DNA of 23,447 nucleotides from a bacterium (GCA_046757525.1 JBHHYI010000057.1:1-23447); one strand, 5' to 3'. Counted from the stretch's first letter, positions 8,110 through 16,160 are shown. Numbers and translations: made by a program. Notes: a model not told the origin generated them from the sequence alone.

Positions 8110-9358
8110 GAGAGACGTCAACGCCACAGCAGTCGGTGAACTGCGCCAAGGAACAGACGCAACCGATTCTCTTGTCAAGCCGGTTGCAACGCCCAGGTAT
8201 GAAAGACACGTGCAGAAGATCATGAAAGGCAACTATGCGGCGGCGGAAGCGGCGAAGCTGTGCCGTGCAGGGTTTGTTCCCGCCTACCCCATCACACCGC
8301 AAACCACGATTGTGGAAGAACTTTCCGCGAAGGTGGCCCGGGGCGAAATGGATGCGATCTTTACCAATATGGATAGCGAGCATTCCGTTTTTGCCGCAGC
8401 CATGGGCGGCGCCATGGCCGGCGAAAGAGTCTTTACGGCCACCAGCGGACAAGGGTTGTTTTACGCCCACGAAGTGCTGCATGCCATCGCCCATTTCAGA
8501 CTTCCCATCGTTGTTTGCAACGTGGGCCGGCCTTCGATTCCCTGGAACATCTGGTCTGACCAGACCGATTCCATCGCGCAGAGAGACACTGGCTGGGTGC
8601 AGTACTACGGCGAAAGCTCTCAGGAAGTCCTGGACGGCATCATTCAGGCCTACAAACTGGCCGAACAGCTTGACCTGCCCGTCATGATGGTGCTCGATGC
8701 CTTCTATCAAAGTCACACCAGCGAAAACATCTGGATTCCCGACCCGGAACTGGTCGATGAATTCCTACCGCCGCGCCCGTTGAAAGGCGGCGAGATCGAC
8801 CTGAAAAACCCAAAGGCCTTTGGCGGCCTGATTCCGCCGCAGCATTACGAGGAATTCAACCACAGCTACTGGCGCCATATCAACAAAGTGGAAGATCTAA
8901 CCAAGCGCATCGGCCAGGAGTTCGGCCAGCATTTTGGCCGGCCGTACGGCGCCATCGAAGGCGTGAACATCAACGCTGACACCAAAATGATCCTGGTGAC
9001 GCTTTCCAGCATTACCACCACGGTCCGGGGTGTCATCCGGTCGCACCCGGAGGTTGGCTTGCTCAAAATCAGGTTGTTCAAACCCTTCCCGCGCAAGTCA
9101 ATTTTGGCGCTGATCGCAGAACAGAATGTGGACAGCGAGCGGTGCCGAATCATCACCATCGACCGCAATTTTCTCGGCGACAACGAAGGCGCGCTGATGC
9201 AAGAAATGAAACAGGCGCTGTACGGCGAACGCTTCAAAATATACGGCGTCTACGCCGGCCTGGGTGGCAAGGATGTGCCGCCGGCCACCATCGAGAAAAT
9301 CATCGCCAGGGGTCTGGCAGGTCTCGAGGAGATCACCTGGATCGATGTGGAGGATTGA
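8102..9358 (+). CDS. porA: 2-oxoacid:ferredoxin oxidoreductase alpha subunit (PorA/VorA-like; substrate unassigned)
   Basis: Motifs GNYAAA, YPITPQT, SEHS, TATSGQG, RDTGW, KIRLFKPFP and GLGGKD. ATG 8102 follows GAGGT and overlaps the upstream stop. Confidence 0.88.
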   Translation: MSERDVNATAVGELRQGTDATDSLVKPVATPRYERHVQKIMKGNYAAAEAAKLCRAGFVPAYPITPQTTIVEELSAKVARGEMDAIFTNMDSEHSVFAAAMGGAMAGERVFTATSGQGLFYAHEVLHAIAHFRLPIVVCNVGRPSIPWNIWSDQTDSIAQRDTGWVQYYGESSQEVLDGIIQAYKLAEQLDLPVMMVLDAFYQSHTSENIWIPDPELVDEFLPPRPLKGGEIDLKNPKAFGGLIPPQHYEEFNHSYWRHINKVEDLTKRIGQEFGQHFGRPYGAIEGVNINADTKMILVTLSSITTTVRGVIRSHPEVGLLKIRLFKPFPRKSILALIAEQNVDSERCRIITIDRNFLGDNEGALMQEMKQALYGERFKIYGVYAGLGGKDVPPATIEKIIARGLAGLEEITWIDVED

Positions 9359-9480
9359 ATGACAACAAAGGCACATTCCCAATGAATGACGTTGAATGGC
9401 TCCGAGCCTCTGCGATTTCAGATTTTTCAAGTGATTTTAACCAGTAAGATTGGAGACAAACGAAAAACAAGGGTGAGCCC

Positions 9481-10398
9481 ATGACAACAGAAGACAATTT
9501 CCTCATCAGGGAAGAAAACGTTTACTCCGGAGCGCTGAGCTGCCGGGGCTGCGGCTGGTCGCTCATGGTCAGGCATATTTCCAGCATTCTCGGGGAAGAA
9601 ACGGTTTATGTCGTTCCCGCTTGCTGCTTTTCCATCATCGCGGGACCGTATCCGATGAACGAACTGAAAGGGAACGTGGTTCACACCGTATTTGCGGCAG
9701 CTCCGGCCACCGCAACTGGAATCCGGGCAGCGCTGGACCGGCGGGGCCAGAAATCCGCCAACGTGGTGGTACTGGCCGGCGACGGCGGGACATTCGACAT
9801 CGGTTTGCAATCCCTCTCCGGCGCTGCGGCCAGAGGAGAAAACATGCTGTACATTTGCAACAACAATGGCGCCTACATGAACACCGGCATTCAAACCAGC
9901 ACCGCAACCCCCTACGGCGCTGTCACTACCACGGACCCAAAGCCAGGTTACAGGCAGGTCTGGCCAAAAGATTTGATCGGCATCGTTGCGGCTCACAATG
10001 TCCCTTACACTGCAACGGCTTCATTAGCCTTCCTGGAGGATTTCAGAGCCAAACTAAAGAAAGCCAAAGCGACGCGTGGATTCCGATTGATCATGGTGGA
10101 CGGACCGTGCCCGCCGGGACACAAAACCGATCCGTCGCAGTCCATAACCATCAGCCGCCTGGCCGTCGAAAGCAAGCTCTTCCCGCTCTATGAGGTAGAA
10201 AGAGGACAGTACCGGCTCAATCATGTGCCGGACAAGAAGGTTCCTGTTGAAAACTGCCTCAAATTACAGGGCAGGTTTAGCCACCTTTTCAAAAACGGCT
10301 CAGATGAAGTCATCAAAAAAATCCAGGAGCGAACCGACTGGTACTGGGAGAGGCTCGAGCTGTTAGAGCAGAACCGTGGGGCATTGGTTTACGACTGA
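9481..10398 (+). CDS. porB: 2-oxoacid:ferredoxin oxidoreductase beta subunit (TPP-binding, PorB-like)
   Basis: Motifs SCRGCG, ACC, TPP motif GDGG...NNGAYMNTG, STATP, PCP and FPLYE. Confidence 0.88.
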   Translation: MTTEDNFLIREENVYSGALSCRGCGWSLMVRHISSILGEETVYVVPACCFSIIAGPYPMNELKGNVVHTVFAAAPATATGIRAALDRRGQKSANVVVLAGDGGTFDIGLQSLSGAAARGENMLYICNNNGAYMNTGIQTSTATPYGAVTTTDPKPGYRQVWPKDLIGIVAAHNVPYTATASLAFLEDFRAKLKKAKATRGFRLIMVDGPCPPGHKTDPSQSITISRLAVESKLFPLYEVERGQYRLNHVPDKKVPVENCLKLQGRFSHLFKNGSDEVIKKIQERTDWYWERLELLEQNRGALVYD

Positions 10399-10411
10399 TT
10401 GCTCAGGAAAG

Positions 10412-10573
10412 GTAACAGTTCACCCGATAGCGATCGTTAAGGATATTTATCCTGAACGTAAATTAATAGGGAACATCTGTTCCCGCAGCAGTCTCGATGG
10501 GGATCAATATCCCGACTTAATGTGCGTTCAGCATAGACATACTGAACGATCCATCTACGGCCTGAACTGTTAC
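10412..10573. mobile_element. 162-bp MITE with IS66-type ends
   Basis: Ends GTAACAGTTCA / TGAACTGTTAC; perfect 8-bp flanking direct repeat CAGGAAAG (10404-10411 and 10574-10581); long imperfect inverted arms. GTAA ends with 8-bp target duplications are IS66-family hallmarks. Confidence 0.8.
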
Positions 10574-10645
10574 CAGGAAAGTAAGGATGGGGGAGGGTTT
10601 TTCTGACCACCGATTTCTTAGACCACAACGATTGTTGTGGCTTAC

Positions 10646-10864
10646 TTAGGAAGCCCATTTCATTTGCAGTTTGCGCTGATGAACGGCGCAATCGCGAAGG
10701 TAAAGATTGATCAGGCTCTGGTAAGGAATACCCGTTTCCTCCGCCATAGACTTGAAATAGGCGACTGTATCACGGTCTAAACGAATCGTTACCGGTTGCT
10801 TTAGATATTTAATGTAAGGGTTTCTGCGTCCCTTCGTTTTGGAAAAATCGTAATGGTCTCTCAC
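10646..10864 (-). CDS. BrnA-family (DUF4415-like) antitoxin, RHH-type; no cognate toxin adjacent
   Basis: MRDHYDFS, KQPVTIRLD, YFK and GIPYQSLINLYLRDC; GTG 10864 gives the family-typical start (track start 10879). Confidence 0.85.
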   Translation of the reverse strand: MRDHYDFSKTKGRRNPYIKYLKQPVTIRLDRDTVAYFKSMAEETGIPYQSLINLYLRDCAVHQRKLQMKWAS

Positions 10865-11075
10865 ATTCTTAACCTGCAATACCCCTGTCTAAGATGAGAA
10901 GGGCTAAGAAATGAAAAGGATATAATACGGCTTCGTATTTTGGAAATGAGGTACTAAATCAAACGGGTTAGCCCGACTGAATCCGTCCCAGGCATGGTGA
11001 AACAAGTGCGCGCTAATCCGTAGAGTCCGGATTCCATGCTCTGCGCGGAAACGAAGCGATCGGAGATTGGCTGCT

Positions 11076-12221
11076 TCAAAAATAATACTGCAAAAAGGTA
11101 AAATAGCTGTTCTGCTGCGCCCCAAATTCGCTGTCCGCGGCCCCAAGAAAGAAATAGGCGCTGAAGGCCACTTCCAGGTTGGTGGCCAGGGAATAGGTTA
11201 ACGAGGGGCCAAAGAGTTGACTGCCATCGTTTAGGTTAAAGAGGTCGTAAAATCCAACGTTGAGGAGAGGCGTAAGGTTTTTGTTTACTGCCGCCGCCAG
11301 ATAGTTCTTAGCCAGATTAAAGGTGTCGCCGGTAAGCAGCTCAGCAACATCGTAGTTGGCCTTGTTCGTACTACCCTGGCCGTTAAAGTAGACTTCGACA
11401 AAGGCGTAGATGTCGTTGGGAAAATTGTAATCGGCGTTGAGAACAGCGCGGAAGTAGTTGGCAGCGCCGTGCTTCCTGGTGTACGCGAACTCACCGCGAA
11501 AGCCGGCCCCGCCCACATAGCCGGCAAAGTCCCCACCAACAACCTGGTCCTCGCGGAAATCGCCTGCCATCACCGAAACGTCGTAGCCGAGGAAATTGCC
11601 ACTCATGCGCACGGCCGTGCTGGACTCGAGCCGACCGCGGCCAGGAGCAAAGGCTGCTTCGAAGCGAGAAAGGGCGCCTAAAGGCACGGTGACGTAAGCG
11701 GCGTCCACGCCAGCCTTTTCTTCCAGTTCGATGGCCGCCGGATTGAACGGATTGAGCAGATCCGTCGGATTCCAGGCAAAGCCCGTGCCCCAGGCGATGC
11801 GCTGCCGACCCAGGGTGATCTGCATCTTCTCGGTGTAGAGGGTTGCAAATGCCCGAAACAGGTCCTGGCGCACATGGTGTTGGTTTCCCTCGGAAATGCT
11901 CCAGTCGAGATCAGCGAAGGTTGGACGTCGCAGGTTCTGGCTCATCTGATAATCCCGGGTGTTCAGGAAGTTACCCGCTAACCCCTCGGTGTCGAGCCAG
12001 ACCTCGCTGTGGAAGTGCGGGCCCAGATCCAGCAAGCTCCTGGTGCGCAAGCGACCGATATCGAGAAAGACGGATTGGTGGGTAAAAAATGATTTGGTGA
12101 GAATAGCCAGATTTTTTGCGTAGCCACTTAACTGCAAGGAAATTTCTTGAGCGGACGATGGTAGCGGAGCAAAAGCTCCAATCAGCAACAAGGGTAAGAC
12201 TCGAACACAGAATGGCATCAT
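11076..12221 (-). CDS. Putative outer-membrane beta-barrel protein associated with a Lol-like ABC system
   Basis: Signal peptide ending SSA|Q, GRQRIAWG motif, alternating hydrophobic strands, C-terminal LQYYF (BAM-type terminal Phe). Confidence 0.7.
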   Translation of the reverse strand: MMPFCVRVLPLLLIGAFAPLPSSAQEISLQLSGYAKNLAILTKSFFTHQSVFLDIGRLRTRSLLDLGPHFHSEVWLDTEGLAGNFLNTRDYQMSQNLRRPTFADLDWSISEGNQHHVRQDLFRAFATLYTEKMQITLGRQRIAWGTGFAWNPTDLLNPFNPAAIELEEKAGVDAAYVTVPLGALSRFEAAFAPGRGRLESSTAVRMSGNFLGYDVSVMAGDFREDQVVGGDFAGYVGGAGFRGEFAYTRKHGAANYFRAVLNADYNFPNDIYAFVEVYFNGQGSTNKANYDVAELLTGDTFNLAKNYLAAAVNKNLTPLLNVGFYDLFNLNDGSQLFGPSLTYSLATNLEVAFSAYFFLGAADSEFGAQQNSYFTFLQYYF

Positions 12222-12308
12222 GGTCGGTGATCAAGAATAGTCCTGAATTCATGAACTAACAACAAGACTATTGTAAAAATTAGATAAGCATCTAAACGCA
12301 ACGAAGTT

Positions 12309-12573
12309 TGTCATTCCCGTCCGGCGTATGCCTTTTGGCGTCAACTTAAGGGGCGTCTAACCACCATATTGTCACCCCGAGCGGAGTCCGGCAGTTGCCG
12401 GACGTAGTCGAGGGGTCTGATTTAGGCACAAACCAGATTTCTCCCCGGCGGCTGCCGGGTCGAAATGACAGTCTGGGGCTTAAGTTGACGCCTATGGGCG
12501 TAGGCCGGATTAATCGGGAATCCTTGTGCCTAATTTTCCAATGGATTCCTGCTTACACCATGCAGGAATGACA
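12309..12573. repeat. REP-like double hairpin (TGTCATTCCCG...CGGGAATCC-spacer-GGATTCCTGC...GCAGGAATGACA) interrupted by MITE copy 1
   Basis: Removing 12333-12506 restores TGTCATTCCCG TCCGGCGTATGCCGGA TTAAT CGGGAATCC. Confidence 0.75.
12333..12496. mobile_element. 164-bp MITE with IS4-family (IS231/IS186-like) ends, copy 1
   Basis: Inverted-repeat core GGCGTCAACTTAAG / CTTAAGTTGACGCC, right end ...TATG; 10-bp target duplication GGCGTATGCC (12323-12332) / GGCGTAGGCC (12497-12506). Confidence 0.8.
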
Positions 12574-12683
12574 TTCACTGGGCCAATAGATGAAATTCAC
12601 AATAGTTCAGTAACAATTTGAATGCAGAGGTACGGATGCGTCGTTGCAATCTGAGCGCTCAAGTTTCTGTTTCTACTCCGAAG

Positions 12684-13373
12684 TCAATTCCTCCGGTCCT
12701 CCACAATTTGCCCATCTCGCAGGATGAGCAGACGGCGGGCGCGCTGCATGACCTGCACGTCGTGGGTCGAAAACAGAAAAGTAACCCCTTTCTTCTCGTT
12801 CATCTCCTTCATTTTATCGAGCAGTTGACTGCCGGTTTTGGAATCGAGATTGGCGGTGGGCTCGTCGGCAAGAATCAGCTCAGGCCTGGCAACCAGCGCC
12901 CGGGCTACGGCCACGCGCTGCTGCTGCCCGCCGCTGAGCTCGTTTGGACGGCGCGACAGCAGCTCCCCGCCGATGCCCAGGTCCTCGAATTCTTCCTGCA
13001 CCCGCCGATGCCGTTCATCGGCCTTGGCGCCTTGCAGCAGGAGCGTGAACTCGGCATTTTCCTCAGCCGTAAGAACGGGAATGAGATTGTAAGCCTGGAA
13101 AACAAAACCCAGATGATGCAAGCGAAACTCAGCCAGTTGGTTCCGGTTCAGCGCCAACAAATCCTGACCGGTCACCACCACCGTGCCCGAGCTGGGTCGG
13201 TCCAGACCGGCAATGATATTGAGCAAGGTGGTCTTTCCAGAGCCCGACGGTCCAGCGATGGCTGTGAATTCTCCCGCCTCAATCCGTAGATCGACACCGT
13301 CCAGGGCTTTGACAGGCACTTTGTTTTTGTCTTCGTAGACTTTGACGACGTTCCCGAGTTGCACAATGCTCAT
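12684..13373 (-). CDS. ABC transporter ATP-binding protein (LolD/MacB-like)
   Basis: Motifs [40 protein letters not shown] and STHD; ATG 13373 follows GGAG (track start 13406). Confidence 0.92.
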   Translation of the reverse strand: MSIVQLGNVVKVYEDKNKVPVKALDGVDLRIEAGEFTAIAGPSGSGKTTLLNIIAGLDRPSSGTVVVTGQDLLALNRNQLAEFRLHHLGFVFQAYNLIPVLTAEENAEFTLLLQGAKADERHRRVQEEFEDLGIGGELLSRRPNELSGGQQQRVAVARALVARPELILADEPTANLDSKTGSQLLDKMKEMNEKKGVTFLFSTHDVQVMQRARRLLILRDGQIVEDRRN

Positions 13374-13402
13374 TGGTTCTCCATTTCTTACGACATTGGC
13401 AA

Positions 13403-14629
13403 TCACTCAAAACTAATGGCTTCTGCCACGTCAAAGCGGCTGGCCTTTATCGACGGATAAATCACAGACAAGAGCACCACGACGTTGATCACGATCAGGC
13501 CGATGACGATGTCCGAGAGATCGACGTCTGGATAAACCAGCGACCCTACGCCCAACTTACCCAGGCCCTGGGCAAAAGCGGCAAGGTCGAGACCAGCGTG
13601 GCCCAGGTAGCCCAGGATTGCCGCAGAGACCAGCAATCCCAGCGCGGTGCCAATGCAGGTTATAAAAAACGCTTCGAAATACAACATGGAGCGAATTTTT
13701 CTGGGCAGGACGCCGTTGGCCATCATGATGCCGAACTCCTGGATTCTTTCGTAAATCACCATCAAAAAAGAATTGGCGATGCTGAACGCAATAGCCGTAA
13801 ACAAAATACCCACGATCAACACCACCGAGTTGTCGTAGGCTTGCATGGACAGCACCAGCAGTGGATTGCGGTCTTTCCAGGAGAGAACTTCAAGGTCCTC
13901 CGAACGCAACTTCCATTTGAGTTGAGCCAGTGTGGCTTCGAGGTCGCTCCCTGGTTTCAACCGCACTGAAAATGCCGTCACTTGTTTCGAGTAGCCTATT
14001 AGCTTCCTGGCCTGGTTAATCTGCAAAAAGACGATCCCTTTATCAAAATCGGGACTGGTTGTGCGAAACAGACCGACCACACGATAGGCCCCTGAGCTGA
14101 TGTTGTTTTGGAGATCGGTAGCCAACAGGACGATTTTTTCCCCAATCTCTACATTGAGTTTGCCGGCCAGGGCCTCACCGATCACGATTTCGTTTTGGCT
14201 GTCCGTATCCAGGAGATACCTCCCCTGAGTGATGGCGCGAGAAATCACGGTGATCTGTGATTCCTGATGGGGGACTACCCCGTTGATCACCACTCTGGCG
14301 GCGGTTTCGCTGCTGTTGATCATACCCTGAATAGCAACTGCAGGCGCGTATTGAAGGCCGCTGAGCTCGTCCAAAGTCCGAGCAATCCTTTCAGGCTCGT
14401 CGATAAACAGCCGGATCTGCGGGTTGTCGCTGTACCCCTTGGGGGCAATCACGATGTGTCCGCCATTCAGATTGATGGTGCTTTCTATCATTTGAGTGAT
14501 GAAGCCGCGGCTGAACCCGATGGTACCGAGATAGCCGAACACGCCCACGATGATCGAAGTAATCAGCACCCACGATCGTCTTGGATTGCGCCAGATGTTG
14601 CGCCAGGCGATTTTAACGATGATGTTCAC
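13403..14629 (-). CDS. ABC transporter permease (LolC/E, FtsX/MacB-like)
   Basis: AWRNIWRNPRR N-terminus, TM1, large periplasmic domain, ERIQEFGIM motif, three C-terminal TM segments and YPSIKASR. Confidence 0.9.
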   Translation of the reverse strand: MNIIVKIAWRNIWRNPRRSWVLITSIIVGVFGYLGTIGFSRGFITQMIESTINLNGGHIVIAPKGYSDNPQIRLFIDEPERIARTLDELSGLQYAPAVAIQGMINSSETAARVVINGVVPHQESQITVISRAITQGRYLLDTDSQNEIVIGEALAGKLNVEIGEKIVLLATDLQNNISSGAYRVVGLFRTTSPDFDKGIVFLQINQARKLIGYSKQVTAFSVRLKPGSDLEATLAQLKWKLRSEDLEVLSWKDRNPLLVLSMQAYDNSVVLIVGILFTAIAFSIANSFLMVIYERIQEFGIMMANGVLPRKIRSMLYFEAFFITCIGTALGLLVSAAILGYLGHAGLDLAAFAQGLGKLGVGSLVYPDVDLSDIVIGLIVINVVVLLSVIYPSIKASRFDVAEAISFE

Positions 14630-14645
14630 AACCTTGATGGCGCTC

Positions 14646-14822
14646 CTATTGGAGAATCTCTAAATCCCTGAGTACCTGCGCAGCTTTAATCGCTTCCTTG
14701 CAAGGTACCATGAGCTTTATTTCATTGATGCGGTGCCCGTCATATTCACCTGAAGCACGAAACAGGTGGTAATCCGCTCCCCCGATTGAAATTGGACTTG
14801 CCTTGCGGGAGAAATCGTTCAT
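14646..14822 (-). CDS. 58-aa ORF absent from the ORF track; possible C-terminal remnant of a DUF2007-like protein
   Basis: RBS GAGGAG then ATG. Translation MNDFSRKASPISIGGADYHLFRASGEYDGHRINEIKLMVPCKEAIKAAQVLRDLEILQ*. Fills the gap co-directionally. Confidence 0.55.
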   Translation of the reverse strand: MNDFSRKASPISIGGADYHLFRASGEYDGHRINEIKLMVPCKEAIKAAQVLRDLEILQ

Positions 14823-14922
14823 GTTACTCCTCTATCTTCATGAATTTAGATCGGCCAAATCATTTGCTGGCAAGAAATAATCACGAACTGACTGATTTCA
14901 ACAAGAACCAAATCGTTTAGAA

Positions 14923-15585
14923 TCAGGCTTCCGCTTTCACAACCTCGGAGGCGAACGTGTTTTGACTGACCTGCACGACCTGAACATTTGTGAACCCGGC
15001 TTGCTCAAGATAAGGACGCATGGAAACAGGACGGCAGCCGGTTAACAGTTCGGGAAAGCGCCTGGAGATCCAGGACCAGATTTGGTTCACCTTTTTATTT
15101 CCTTGGGCCATGGTGCAGATGGCCACTCGCCCGGACTTCTTAAGCACTCTTTTGAACTCCAGCAGGATCGGCTCAAAATCCGCTTCCGGCAGCAAATCCA
15201 GCATGAAGTTGTTGACGACCAAATCAAAATGATCATCCCTGAATGGCAGGTGGTAAGCACTGCCGATTTGCAAATAAGCCGTCGGCGGGTTGCCTTTGTG
15301 CAGCCGCTTTACCGCCCGCTCAAGCATGTTGCTCGACAACTCGATGCCGACGTTCGTGCCCCTCGGATTCTGTTTGGTGATCTTCTCGAACACCACACCC
15401 GTGCCCACGGCCACCTCGAGAATGGTTTGGCCATCCTGAATCTGCGCCATTTGTAAAGCCATCCTGGCTGCTTTTGTCTCGGTCAGCCAGCTCCAGAGGT
15501 TATAAATCTTTGCAACGGTTGCGTAGCTACTTAGCACAGCGTCTTTGTTGAAATCTCTGTTTAAGAATACCCTTTCTTGTTCCAT
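14923..15585 (-). CDS. Class I SAM-dependent methyltransferase (UbiE-like)
   Basis: Motif I ILEVAVGTG, GIELSSNML, LPFRDDHFD and RVLKKSG; RBS GAGG. Confidence 0.88.
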   Translation of the reverse strand: MEQERVFLNRDFNKDAVLSSYATVAKIYNLWSWLTETKAARMALQMAQIQDGQTILEVAVGTGVVFEKITKQNPRGTNVGIELSSNMLERAVKRLHKGNPPTAYLQIGSAYHLPFRDDHFDLVVNNFMLDLLPEADFEPILLEFKRVLKKSGRVAICTMAQGNKKVNQIWSWISRRFPELLTGCRPVSMRPYLEQAGFTNVQVVQVSQNTFASEVVKAEA

Positions 15586-15649
15586 TTTGGGGCCTCAGGG
15601 TTGTGTCGAAAACTGTTAATTCGTGTTTGAACGAAAACTCATCTGAGAC

Positions 15650-15942
15650 TGTCATTTCGAATCAGGCGAATGCCTGATGAGAAATCTGGCTAAGCACCAA
15701 AATAGCAAGAACTTGTGTAGCCAGGTTTCTCCTCCGTCCGGCAGTTGCCTTATGGCGTCCACTTAAGGGGCGTCTAACCACCATATTGTCACCTCGAGCG
15801 GAGTCCGGCAGTTGCCGGACGTAGTCGAGGGGTCTGATTTAGGCACAAATTAGATTTCTCCCCGGCGGCTGCCGGGTCGAAATGACAGTTTGGGCGCTTA
15901 AGTTGACGCCAATGGACAGTTGCCGGACTGCGTCGAAATGAC
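15650..15942. repeat. REP-like double hairpin (TGTCATTTCGA...GAGAAATCT-spacer-AGGTTTCTC...TCGAAATGAC) interrupted by MITE copy 2
   Basis: Removing 15750-15924 restores AGGTTTCTCCTCC GTCCGGCAGTTGCCGGAC TGCGTCGAAATGAC. Confidence 0.75.
15750..15914. mobile_element. 165-bp MITE with IS231/IS186-like ends, copy 2 (same orientation as copy 1)
   Basis: About 8 differences from copy 1 by manual alignment; target duplication GGCAGTTGCC (15740-15749) / GACAGTTGCC (15915-15924). Confidence 0.8.
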
Positions 15943-16160
15943 GTTTTGAGAGTTCTCGGACAATCATTAATCTAAAACAAATATAGCAAAATAAATTCAA
16001 CGTTTCAACCGTAAACACGGCAACCATTTCACTTGTTGAACTGTCTAATTGTTGCCAGACCGGAAACTTCGAGAATGTTCTTTCGCCTAATACGTACGCT
16101 TCCCTATGGTCAAGCCGAATTCAGATAACATTAACTTGTTAGCCAGTGCCGGTGTTATCC

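Noticed and set aside
10623..10640. CCACAAC-GATT-GTTGTGG hairpin as an intrinsic terminator
   Set aside because: The stem is real, but there is no U-tract on either strand.
10376..10691. ORFs 10376-10606 (+) and 10437-10691 (-)
   Set aside because: They run through the IS66-type MITE and show no recognisable protein motifs.
10904..11146. 80-aa minus-strand ORF as the BrnT toxin (contains LRISA)
   Set aside because: It lacks the N-terminal WD..K..N..KHG motif, overlaps the barrel gene, and the motif is in the wrong position.
12618..13969. Long antisense ORFs (12618-13289, 13373-13969; likewise 17388-18446, 8075-8716 and other overlapping track ORFs)
   Set aside because: They are shadows of well-supported genes on the opposite strand or in another frame, with no family motifs.
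12333..15914. Composite transposon bounded by the two MITE copies
   Set aside because: Each copy has its own distinct target duplication and host REP, indicating independent insertions.
15839..16027. 62-aa minus-strand ORF
   Set aside because: It is translated from MITE/REP sequence.
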